Assembly (NCBI RefSeq): GCF_000181795.1
Contig: NW_003526941.1
Span: 7,822,120 to 7,886,119 of the forward strand
From: Trichinella spiralis
Lineage: Eukaryota
Direction: 5' to 3'
DNA: 64,000 bases
Part shown: positions 23,401-36,064 of the stretch, one piece after another
How the letters are laid out: every line of letters starts with the position of its first letter
Numbering within the stretch: the stretch's first letter is position 1
Program-made: the position numbers and the translations under genes
The notes under the pieces: generated by a model
Database searches by the model: none
Told to the model about the DNA's origin: nothing
The model's input: the letters and a program-made list of their open reading frames with translations, nothing else

Positions 23401-26400
23401 AAGCATTTTGCAACTTTCAAATCTAACAGTTCCACGTCCATTATTCACTGTTCGCATTAAACTATTGTGATGAACAATCTAATAGCAGTGTGAATGAGCA
23501 ATTTACATGCCAAGTCAAAAGCGCCATTAACAACGTGGAAGTGCATAATGAAAATTCAAGAACCTCGAATACACTATTATAGAATGTTTAAAATCCTGTT
23601 GATATTTCCATTCTTCAAGTTTAAATGAAAACGCAAATGATAAACAATCTTGTATTGAAGTAAATAGCTTCGTCTGTTCAATAGGTTTTATATGTGAAAT
23701 TTAATTAACAAAATAAATTAAAACTATGATGAATATGAGGAATTTGAAAAATTGTAAATCGATTAATGATCATTAATCTCTAGTGAACTGATAATAATTT
23801 AATATCAGCCAAAATCACAATCATCAATCATATGGAAAGTAATCGGTGATGCAAATTTAAATATTTATTTTAATGATTTATAACGACTAAGTATTTTATT
23901 TTCTTGTGAAGGTAGCACTTTGCAATTGTTTAATGATCACCACAAATGAACTGAGCAAATAAATGAACATTTCTTATTTGTGGTTTCACTCAAAGCCAGA
24001 TACATACAAGTTAATATAATCAAAATTTGATCAAAGTGCATATAAATTTGTTTAAAATTAAAATTTACTTATGTTAAGAAAAATGTTAATAAATTGGCAA
24101 TTATTGAAACTTTTTGTACAAATAATTGTAAAAAAGCGTCTTTAAAATACGCATACAATGCTGAGCAGTAAAAGTATAGTTTGAAAATGCAGTCAACAGT
24201 GGGCCATTTTTTTGTTTTTCTTAATTTAATCTTTGCTTGTACAAATCAATTCAAAAGACTTTACCAAGGATCAAATGTAAGCTGCTTAAATAAATGAATC
24301 GTGTGAACGTGAACAAATGACTGATGATCGATTTTGCATATTATCATGATGCAGTTGTCCTTTAGTGATTTCAACGGTTCCAGAAGATGGCCCGCCAGTG
24401 AGCAGATGTCGCCGTTTGCAGGAACCTTAAACCAAAAAATTGACCAGCGTCGCTGAAAGGCAGACTTTTTATTGGAACTGTGATTGATGTCAACGGAGGA
24501 AATTGAAGAATTCGTTTATGTATGAAAAGTAGTACTCGGAAGCGCGTAATGCTTTACCTACAGTGCAGTCATCGTTTAATTTGCCGCCGCATAGATTTGT
24601 ATAAATTTGCAATTTTGCTTGCTAGTCAGCATGGTTTATTGATTTGTTTTGGCCTTTGTAGGAACTTTCTGTTGCTTTTCAATGGACGTTGGTCAGCGGT
24701 TGCTTGAAATTGGAGAACTCCTGCTGCCCCAAAGTGGAATAACAGTGTCACCGAAGCCGCGGGCAGTTACATTGAGTCGGTCAATCTGAGAGGTTTGGCT
24801 TTTGGAAGAACTTTGTTGAAAGCACGCTGCTAGCAAGTTCTGCATCAGCGGTGTTTGGCAATTTCAAAATTATACCAATAACATCACCTGTGTATACCTC
24901 ATTCCTGTTCAGAGTTCAACAAGCAATGGGAAATTTTTTCAATAAAATGGTAAGTGTTGTCTAAATCATTTGTTGCACCAAAATATATTCTTTTTTTTTT
25001 CAAAAATTATTCTTTCCAAGCAATCGGTGCACGGTGAAACTGAATTCTTAACATTTTTTACAAGATTCTCAGCAAATATTTGAATTCTTCATCTCATCTG
25101 TGTAGGCGGACAGCGTTATTGAAACAACTTTGCAAATTTAAGTGAAATTTCAAATTTTATTCTGCATTCTATCTCTGATTGCTATGCTTTTCGTCATCAG
25201 TCAGAGCGAAACAAAGCAAGCAAAACACCAATCACGCGTTATCTCTTCACAAACAATATTCAACTGACTATCATTTACTGTAGAGAGTGCGAGGGAAAAA
25301 ATTTCACGGTGAAGTGAACAATCAATCCTATTTGCATAAGGCTTCTGCAGTGTATAGTTTAATCAACAGAATTAATTTATCCATCACATTCACACTTTAG
25401 AAAATCTTCAGTTCCAAACTTTAAATCCCAGATATTCTCTGATTGACCATTTAATAAAATACGAAATAGATTCATATTATGGACAACCAATTGTCCACGA
25501 TGTATTAATGTTACGTTTTGCAACGGTTTTTCAAAATTAAATTCATCGTAAGCATATTATTTTGTACCAGCTTATAAAGTCTTTCACGAACTCTGGGCAA
25601 CAGATCAATAGAGTAAGAATTATATGCTTAAAAAGCATCACTTAAAAAAATAATCATAATTTCAAACCATTTTTCAAAATAATTATTTTCTGTTGTGATT
25701 TGCAATTAGTCTATTTTGATTGCATTTAGCGTGAACGTGAAAAATTTGTAAAATAAATATTATATTTAATTTGGTTCAAAATTTTGATAAACTAAAAAAG
25801 TAGAACAGGACAGATCAGTTATTTTTGGCTTTGAATTTTGTTTAATTGCATAATTTTAAATGAGCTTGCAGTGGAAAAAATACATAATTTCATACATGAA
25901 TGAATGATGAACATTGCAAATGCATTGCATTATTGTTTAGAAGCTTGTTTGCGAATTCACTCTGTATGGGCTTCTTGTTATTTCCTTTCTGTATTTATAA
26001 CAATTTCTTGGTTTGAAAATTACCGGAATAACAATTACATCAATAAGACCAATTACAACAACGTCATCTATTACACTTCTGAAGGATAGTCTGTGTACTG
26101 TTTAGGTTTCATGCATTATGATGCTGTTTGTTATTAATTTATAATTGCAATTTTCTGATGGGCAGCGTTGTGCATAATAAACGTACTAATGATGGTAAAT
26201 TTTTATTGACTATGAAAAAGTAAACTGCAATCATAAGAAGCGGATGCTGACAATAGAAAAGAACTGCGGTGATCACAGCATGGGTGATTGATTTTCAAAG
26301 TAGCCAACAGCATTTATAAACAGGCAAGTGTAAGATGAATGTCACTGTATCGTTCAGTTACAAGATTGAATTTCTTCCCTTCTCTTATTGACGAACATTC

Positions 26401-29400
26401 ATGCAATAGTATAACGATGGCAGGCTTTGTTGTTGACTGGTGTTGAGATAAATGATCTACCTAAACAGCCTAACCGCTTTATAGATTCATTCATCCGATA
26501 ATAAATGCTTCAAATTCACAAATTATTATGGTTGCATTTCAATGTAGTGATTCGGTTTCGTTCTTCAATCAAGCGGATATCTCATTAGACTATACCAATT
26601 CTGTTGACGCAGTATTGAACAAACAGTTTGTGAAAAATGAGCCCAAACTTTTTTTGTTGTGCTTGTTTGTCAGAAGTGAAATTAATTTTTCAAATTTTTA
26701 CAAATCATCTCGTGCGTGTGCATTATTAAAATCTGACTTGAATACGGAAATTTCTGCTCTGTGAAGTGATTTTTCAAAGCCCCAGGCGACAGTTGCAAAT
26801 TGAATCTAGAGGAAGAGGTGGAAGAGCAGGAGGAACAACAAACGGCCAGACAATGTCGTCGGCAGATGCTTTTTCTCACAAACTGAAACCAAATTTTCTA
26901 ATCTTTGACAAAGTTTTTTGTTCAGGCGAAAAAATCTATCCCATGCAAATAGATGTACATGTGTCAAAGCGCAAAACAGACATGTCGATTTGAAATCGAA
27001 TGCGTTGATTATACTTTTATTTTGCTTTTACTATATTATCAACAACACTAACGTCTGCCAAAACAATAAATGTTGTTTTGTTTTTATATAAGTAATTATT
27101 TCAACATATACGATACATGAAATTAGTTGAATTTTTGTAATTTTTCCTTTTTACTATTATTGATAAATAATAATTCATGGAAATGCTTTTTTAAGAAGGG
27201 GATGATTTAGTTTGACTTTGAAAAAATGAGAAATGGGTAGCTTATTGTAGTGTATGTAGGTTTTCACGAATGAAAATCATTTTATTCTTATGAAATTCAT
27301 AATATTACTGGCATCCTTTATAAATCCGGATGGTGGATTTTGATTTTCTTATTTTTTTTCAATTCTTTTAAATTATGAATCAGTGATTTGTTCGTTTGAA
27401 TATCGAAAGAGCAAGCTCAAAAAGCTTGTCTTTCAATTGTTCCTTTGCGGTTGGACTTTGTCGGATGAGCAACTGTTCACAGAACACATTCAACGCTGTC
27501 GAACATGACGAGATGCGGGCGGGGGGAAATCAGTTGCGGAATCTTGTCTTCCAAATGCCACACGAAAGGGCTTTTAGTCAAAACATGATTTTCGAAATTT
27601 TCCACTGAGCTCGGCAATCGCAAAATACATTCCGCATAATCCACTCTGCTTTGAGATGTCGACTGACGCCCAAAACATGCGCTGTAAAGTTGTCAGCAGC
27701 CTCCGAGAAACGCACAGGATTTTCGGAACACACCGCAGCTTACACGCGGCCCCTCCCTCCTCCACCTCTCCTCTCTCCTAGCCGCAGCACTAGCGAAACC
27801 AATGATGATGAAGTGCCAAATTTGAGTGAAAAATTTTTTGCATCCCATCTGTCAAGAATGTTTGGAAATTTTCCTTCATTAATATTTGCAAAACAGAATC
27901 AATGACAACAAGCACAAAATAGCCAGTTGATTTTAGCTTAAACTAACCGACCACATTCAAAGACAAATAGGAAGGATCAGAGTGAAAATCTGATTAGCAA
28001 TTATTGCACTTCAGATTCAGCAATCATATTTATTGCGCATAAATTTTTTCATCTTAAACATTTTTTTATCCACACAGCCTGCTTCAGTGCAATGATATTT
28101 GTTATTTTTTGAATTAAGGACAGGTAAATTTCATCTCATTATTATACATTTATAAAAAAGCAAATGAGCAAACAAACGATCAATTAAGAACAGTATCATT
28201 ATTGATTGTTTGTTTTTGCTTGTCTGATGTCCATTTTGTTTCATCTTACGATTATTGAACATAAAAAAATTAAACTTTTTATACAGAATGGTTTTAAAAA
28301 ATTATTTAAAGTTTCCATGAAACTTGCTCGTGTGATGAATGATTAGCACTGCGCGTGCGTTAATGTTGTAGTGAGGAACATTTAATTGGAGTGAAATTTG
28401 TTTAGTGGAGTACAAAATTTCATTTCTGATCAGCGTCGGCAAGAAGCTAACTTTTCTGCAAAATGTCACCTTCCAACATGAGCGGTTGACTTTTTTAAAC
28501 AGTATTTCATTTTCCGTGTGAACATGCTTCAAATGATCATCCTGAAGCTATTTATTCCATTAGTACCATAAATTAATTATTCGTCGTTTCCAGTCAATTA
28601 ATCAACGAATCATTGTTTGTCAAAAATATTTGCTTTTTGGGAAAGTATGCAAATTTGAAGTTGATAGAAAAAGAATTTTCTTTTTTCGAAAAATATAAAA
28701 TTAGTTTTAAATTTAATTAATGCGATGAATGAATTGTTGAAACATTTTTTTGATGACATTGTTTATTCATTGTTTGGCAATTTTATCTTTTGACAAGAGT
28801 TGATTTATTTATGCGTGCTCTTTTTCTGTACGTGAATGCAGATAGATAGATAGATAGGTAAATGGGTAGTATAACTTTTAACAATGCCGATTTAAGAAAG
28901 AATGATGTCATTTAAGCTTTCGGCTCAATGCACAGCCGGAAGCTGTTTTCGGAAACGCCAGCTTACGCGTCTGTTTCTCTCATTCAATAATAGCCCTAAC
29001 TCCACAAATAAATAATTGAATTCCGTTGTGATTTTATTTATTATTTTTGTTTCACTTCAACAATATTTTTATGTTGATAAGCCTAAACAGATTTGTAATA
29101 TTAATTCGATTATGGTTTTTGAGCTTGTTAATTTACGACCGTGATGGTGAATTGTAATGTTTTTGAAATTTGGAAAGTTGCTATTTTGAAAGAATCAAAT
29201 TTCACGTTCTGCATTCCCACGTGGCGCACAGAAAACCGTGTACGAATGTCTCAAATCGACTGAAGCACCGCTGTGTGCTAGCAAGGCGTGGCAAAAGCTC
29301 AATTATGGACTTCTGCACGTCTTCTATCGCACCCGGGTGAAAATATATCATTCTATTTGCACATTTGAGACTTGCTGACGACGCGTGCATCGATCTCGCC

Positions 29401-32400
29401 ATTCAGTGTCCACCAAGAGCTAAACAACTATATATGTTAGTCGTCATGTGGAAAAAAGTAACTCTTCCATTGCTTGTTAAATGCAAATTAGCTCCATCGA
29501 ACAACTCCTGAGGTACATGCATAGAAATATATATATATATCTACTACGTGTTGATGTGTCGAAATTACTTTTCTTCATTATTACACATGTTTAGTTTGCT
29601 TTTCTTTTTGCAAAGGAAAAGAAATTCAAAATTTGACAATATTAATACAATAATTGTTTATCATGTTCGACCATGAATGAATTGGTCAATGAGCAGTTCA
29701 ATGTAGCCGGCGTGTGAATGCAATTCTTCAAAGCTTTATTATAAGTTGATATCTTCTTCGGTGAAATCAATTATTTGCTCGAGTGGATTTAAATCAGCAA
29801 ATTAGAAAGTAAATTTCATTGCATTCATTACAATAAATAGTGTGAATGTGAAGAATTTTCAAACTCCGATACTTTTCTGAAAACACCTTCTTTCTCTTTG
29901 TCATTATATATATTTATGCTGAAGGGGATGTTCACAGTTGACCGTTGGATTAGCTTGTTAAGTTTTGCCTTCAAATTGACTTAATTTATTTTAGCAAAGT
30001 TATTGAATGTAGAAAGTGTAAATTGCTCATTTCTTTAAAAGAAACTATCAGCACAATCAAGCTATGATGATTCCTATGAAAAAAATTAATTAAAGTGCAA
30101 GTTTAAAATTTGTTAATAATAAAAATAAAATACTTTTCAGTAGTTTTTTCTTCATAAGTTTTTTTTTCTTCATTAGTGCACTCATAGTTTGATTTGTGCT
30201 TTTTCACTGGAAAAGTTGTGAAGCAAAAAAAATAAAATCTTTACTGATAGCACCAGTGGATACAGAATGAGTTTTATTTTATATACCATTTAAATTTCGG
30301 TCCTCTATCATCGAATCTTGTCGTTTCTGAAGTACGTTTTTCTTTCTTCAATTCAACCCTCTCTCTCCCTCTCTCGACTTGAACAAACCCTCCCTTTTCT
30401 ACTAGTGGTTTCATGTAAAACAATAAATTGATAACAACAGCATGTAATATTTATAATTCTATCTGCATGAGATGGTAAATTTTTTTTATTTCTAATTTAT
30501 CGGCTTTTAGTCATATGCTTACAAACTTGCCTCTTGAGTTTTATGATTGATGTTCTATTTTTTAGTCACATAACGTGTCACATAACATACAAGTCGACGA
30601 GTTTGTTTAGAATAAAGGGGATTAAGTACAAAATTGAAATAGATGAGGAATATTTTTGAAAATGCCATAAACTGTGGTAAAATTGTTACCTGCTTGAAAG
30701 GGAGGTGTGTTTAAATGTTCAGCTTCATTTTTCTCATCCTGATTTCTGTTCGAACAACTTCAGTGAACAATAATTCGAATTTGCTAATCGATCATGCTAG
30801 TCAATCAGTGATTGGTGGTGTTTGGTATGCTTCTTCTTCTTCTTTTTTTTTATCATTTTCGGTGCCTGTTAAAACGAACCCTTCTTCTTCTTCCTCTGGC
30901 CGGACGAGATCAATTATTGCTGGCATTTTGTTATTTGTTTCGTTGTTTGTTTGTTGTTTTATCTTGAAATTATCAAAAAAGCAAGCATTTTTGATGAAGC
31001 AAATCATGCATGGGATGAGAGATGATAATTGTTTCAATCTGTTCAAAGGGATGATCATTTTAATTGTCCACTTCAGCTAATTGCCAAGTAGCCACTGTCC
31101 GTTTGTAGTGTTCTCAAAGGAGTTGACCTGGCATATGTAAAAATAGCCAACCTGATTGAGTGTTTGCAAAGCAAAACGGCAGGCACTTTTACCAGGAAAG
31201 GAATTTTTCGCTAATGACCATTTAAGTGGTTTTGCTAGCTAGCAAGCTGGCAGACTAGCTGGCAAGCTTCTTCTTCTTCTTCATCTTTTGCATAAGCTGG
31301 CTTAAAACAGCCGAAAGCAGCTTTTCGATTTGTCTTCGATTCGATTCGCTAAAATTGAACCACGTCAGTAAATGCGTATCTTCAAAAAATTCCTCAAGGA
31401 TTTGTTTGCGTGTCACGGTTTCACCACGCCCACTATTGATAACATTCATTATGGAGGTAGAAAAGCCAAATACGATGCCAGTTCCACGATCAAATGAACT
31501 TTCTTGAATTTTGTTTCAAAGTAAAAGAAGCGTTTTGTTCGTTTTGAAATAAAAATTTTTTTGTTTGCTTCAAAATTCACCTTTATTCTATGAAGGTTAT
31601 TGAAATTTTTCTTTCAATCTCTTCTGCGCACAGTTGTGGGAATTATTTCTGTTCTATTGTTTTTTTTTTATGTTTTCAGTAATAAACTGAGGATATTGTA
31701 AAAATGCACAAATTGTGCCTGTTAGCTGAAATGCAATGCATCATCGTGTCGACTGTATTTTCTCATTTTTGTCTCACGTGACTGATGATGATTGTTAATT
31801 AATCAATTGGGAATCACATAACTTTGGACATTGATAATAGTAATAAAACATCCTACTTATATTAACAAAGGGCAACTGCTTCTGGCAGATTACGCTTGGC
31901 TGAAAAATTGCTTTTCACTTTTGATAAACTTTGTCATAAAAAAGTAGCATATCCTCTACGATAACAGTTTCTTATTTTTCTTCTTCTTCTTATTATTATT
32001 AATGCTCACATTCGCATTTACTCGAATGAAAATTGTATTCTCATGCGATATTATTCAATAACAACGACAAAAATAATAATAAGAATAATAATGCTCAATA
32101 AACTGAAAAAAATATATGATAATTATTAGAAAAATCAGAGGCATTGCTCGGTGAAAGATTTATTTATCATTAAAATAAATTGAGAATGAAAATTTCAGTG
32201 TTAGTTAAAACAAATAATTTGTGACTTATTTTTCAAATTGCTGCTATCAACCAAATTCTTCTTCAGAGAGAGCTTCAGTTTTCAATTATATCTGACAAAA
32301 TTTTATCGGTGCTAATTAGCCGACACGCTTTATCTAATAATGATAGCTTGTAAATTTATGCAAATTTAAAAGTCGGCGAACAGTAGTTGGTATATTTATG

Positions 32401-32434
32401 AAATAAATGAATTTCCTCTTCAAGAAAATTACAA

Positions 32435-32435
32435 G

Positions 32436-32467
<32 letters not shown>

Positions 32468-32468
32468 G
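32435..32468. repeat. (GTT)n microsatellite
   Basis: Direct reading. Confidence 0.9.
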
Positions 32469-34896
32469 CACAGTAATATGTAAGATGGGATCTATTTTTA
32501 CCAATATCATCACATTCAATGAGCAGTAAAAGCTTTTGAAATTTGAGAGAGTTGAACTGTGAACTGCGATTGATTTTTCTTCTTTTTTTATTTGCATTCA
32601 ACTCTGTTTCTGTGAGGAAAGGCATGCCGTAAAGTTTTGAATGCAACAGTTGTAAAATGCTATAAATTCAATCAAATATTAAACATAAAAATATGAATTG
32701 TTGTTTTTTAATTATTCTTCTTCTCTTCAAGTGTACAATCTTCAATTTTGTTTGTTTTCTGTTCTCGCCGTGCACGCCTTTACATGATTTAAAAAAAAAA
32801 TACATCCTTAATTAATCTCATTGATGTTTCATCAGATTGCTTTGTCACAGTAAAGTGCTAATTAATAAATGGGCAAGATACTAGCTAGTTTGTCATTTCA
32901 GACGCATTATTTGGCCGTAGTCTGGGCTTCTACTGCCACCCAATTGATGGCCAAGGCACTTCTTCCACATCTTCTTCTTTAATGTTGCCGTTTTTTATAC
33001 TCCATTGCTCATCATTTACCACTGATGCCTTCCACTCATTAACCACACAACACAACACCAACAATCACAGAAAACTACTACAAATTAGTTTTTTTTCATT
33101 CGTCCTTTAAATTGGTAAGTGTTCATTTATTTCATCTTTTATTATGTAGTTTTTATTCAACACTATTTTTTCAATTGTACAATGATGAGCAAAGTTGTGT
33201 TAGTGAATAACTGGTATAATTTTTAATTAGTGAACTAATTTGCATATCTGAAATAGTGAAAATGAAAAAATGAAACTTTACTTTGGCTAAACATGAAACA
33301 CCTTCAATGGATTATTATTAATATTTTATCTTCACGATCTGAAACTTGCTTTCAAGCAACAGCTCCACAAACTTCTCTGCTTTTCTCAGTGCTGCTGACA
33401 TTTCAATTTAGTCAATTTAATTATCAATTTACAACGGTTGAAAAATATTTCTGCAGCAGCAAAACAGAATAAGATAATATATGGGCATTAAAGAAGAAAA
33501 TCAAGCGGAATTTGCAAAGCGTTTTATTTCAATGAAATTTAAAAATGATTCATGAAATTAGTCGAATATATGTAGTCTTTTTTTTTCTTGTTAATAGTGA
33601 TAACTACAAACGCCTCTTAATTGTAAAATGAATGGATATGTAAACATTGATACAGTGACTTTATTATATTTAAATTATCAAGGGCATAAAATACTAACAA
33701 CAACAATGAATCATTGTTTCGCGCGCATTTATTTGGACAAATATTATGTGTGGCAAACAGATTTGAATTCAACGTGATTTTGAGTATAATTTGACACAGC
33801 TCACGGCTAGCGTCTATTTACAGTCATTGCGTGATTTGCAATTGTCTCAGTGATTCAGAGGTATCCCGGTTGTTAGCATTTGTCACGCTAAAGATGAATG
33901 GAAAGACAATTTCCCCGAGCTGGTCCTCACGTAAATGGCGGTTTGCATGCTTGAATAGACAAGTTAATTTGATCCAAAGAGAAAAGAATAAGAAGAAACC
34001 AGTTAAACTTTTCTCGAAATTGTTTATGACAACAAGCAACCGAAAATCAAGCTTTTACAATGCTTATGCTTCACTGAATCTGCATCGTCGATCAGCTATT
34101 AAACAATACACACCAATAATTTGACCTCTGACACATTATTTAAATTGGGAAATTCATTTTTGGTGTTTTAATTGAATATCAGCTAGTCTTTTCCATTTTT
34201 TGAGCTTAGCTCGCATGTTACACTCACGGTGCATTTCTACTTGCTTCATCTAGAATGCAGAGCGTTATCATCAGTATATAAGTATCGTAAACTTGTATCA
34301 CATTCGAATTGTTTATTTTATTTTGCATAATTTCAAAATGATGGAAATTTTGACTTTGCTTCACAATTTGTGGGTTCCATGTGATGCTGTCGAATATTGG
34401 ATAGGTTCTTGTCTTGTATATTTATCAAGAAGAATCCAACGGAAAAGAAGAGAAAAATCAATTACAATTATTTACGCACGGTGGATGAAGGCTGATACTG
34501 ATGAGCGTGAGAAATGGACGATGTACATAATTTCCAGTAGAGTGTTAAAATTTGCATCCATAAATTATCATTCACCTAAATGATAATACTACAACTGACA
34601 AAACTATTAGCCTTGGCTAAGCAGCATCAGATAAGACAATCGCACACATCCTTGCTATGCGCAGTAGTGAACGAGATCAGAGTAAGAAATAATTTGTTTC
34701 GCTTCAGTCAAACTCTGCCCACTGATAGGGTATGTGTTTTTTTCTTATTGCTTAGCTAAGCATAGTTCGGCGGTTTCGACTTGGCAAAGTGCGTTATGAA
34801 TGGAATTGTACTTTGGTGAAAATTGTAGCTGTTCTTCAATTTTGTATTTTAAAGCAATTCCAACAATTCCATCAGTTCTCTCTGATACGTACGTAC

Positions 34897-34926
34897 GTAT
34901 GTATGTATGTATGTATGTATGTATGC
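34897..34926. repeat. (GTAT)n microsatellite
   Basis: Direct reading. Confidence 0.85.
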
Positions 34927-36032
34927 AGCAGTCGTGTAATAATATAACAACAAGCAGACGTGCAATTTTCGTTTTTCTTTCATCCCAACGTTCGCATCAG
35001 GCATACTGCAGCATGCATACAACGATGAGCATTTTTTGTTTCTCACTATTATTGACATTAGTCGCAATGCTTGCTGATCATTACCAATTTCAATTAGTTT
35101 CAAAAGTCGGTGATATATTATTAGCGGTTTGGTTTGATGAAGCAGCAAAGGATGGATCTTCGTTTAGCTAATGAAATGTTTGAATGTGTACGAATTACGA
35201 AATTTATTCCATTTCAAATTCTTCCCAAATCGCCTAATTAACTATTTTATACTTGACGAATTTAATCTTTTTCAATTTTGTTAAATTTGTATTGTTTCGC
35301 CGTAAAGAAAGAAGAAAATGTACAACAAGCGCGCAATTAAGAATATTTTAAAGAATCCAAAAAGAAAATTGGATGGATAATGGATGATTTTTTTCTTTAC
35401 TATTTTATTGTTCAACAATTTGAATAGGTTTTAAACGAGAAAAAGACATTTCAGTTGTAGCATTGGAAATGTTAATGATAAATTTAAAGTAAATAAAAAA
35501 AATAAATAAATAGAGAACAATAAGTGGTGGTGGAATGAGTGTTGAAGAAAGAGGTTTTAATTTTTAACGTTGCGAGAGAGATGGAGAGCATGTGCGATTG
35601 AGGAGATTTTGGCAAAGATTAGCTAGCATTGATTTGCTTCGAAGCTGTCCAATTTGCATTAAACTATATATATATATATAAATATATATGCATTTCACCC
35701 AAATTTATTTACCTTCAAAAATATTTAAAATATTTCGTGCATAATTTGTTATTGCTTTTGTAAAATTGCATCATTTTATTATTCAATCGCGACCGGTATT
35801 TTCTGCTTTTCTTTTTACATCTGTCATTAGTTTCAGTTTTCAAACGCGAAGCAGTTTAAAAAATTTTATTCATCTACAATTAGTTTTTTTCCTGAAGAAA
35901 TTTTCAAAAAATATGCTTAAAATACGAACTTGAACATTTAGTGGAATTTTTACTGAATCTCGTATTAATGAGTAGCGCACAAGCGGCATACACCGCATTC
36001 GTCGCGAGAAGGAAGGAAAGAAAGAGAGAGAA

Positions 36033-36061
<29 letters not shown>
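36033..36061. repeat. (TG)n microsatellite
   Basis: Direct reading. Confidence 0.9.

Positions 36062-36064
<3 letters not shown>

Noticed and set aside
27396..27905. Short ORFs in a GC-richer island, including a Pro-rich 84-aa ORF
   Set aside because: No homology recognised and no clear splice boundaries; more likely regulatory or non-coding.
30715..31449. Hydrophobic or low-complexity ORFs (121, 85 and 64 aa)
   Set aside because: Largely driven by (TTC)n and T-rich simple sequence, with no recognisable domain or neuropeptide-precursor pattern.
34800..35171. 123-aa ORF with a signal-peptide-like internal stretch
   Set aside because: It runs through a (GTAT)n microsatellite and has no cleavage-site pattern or homology support.
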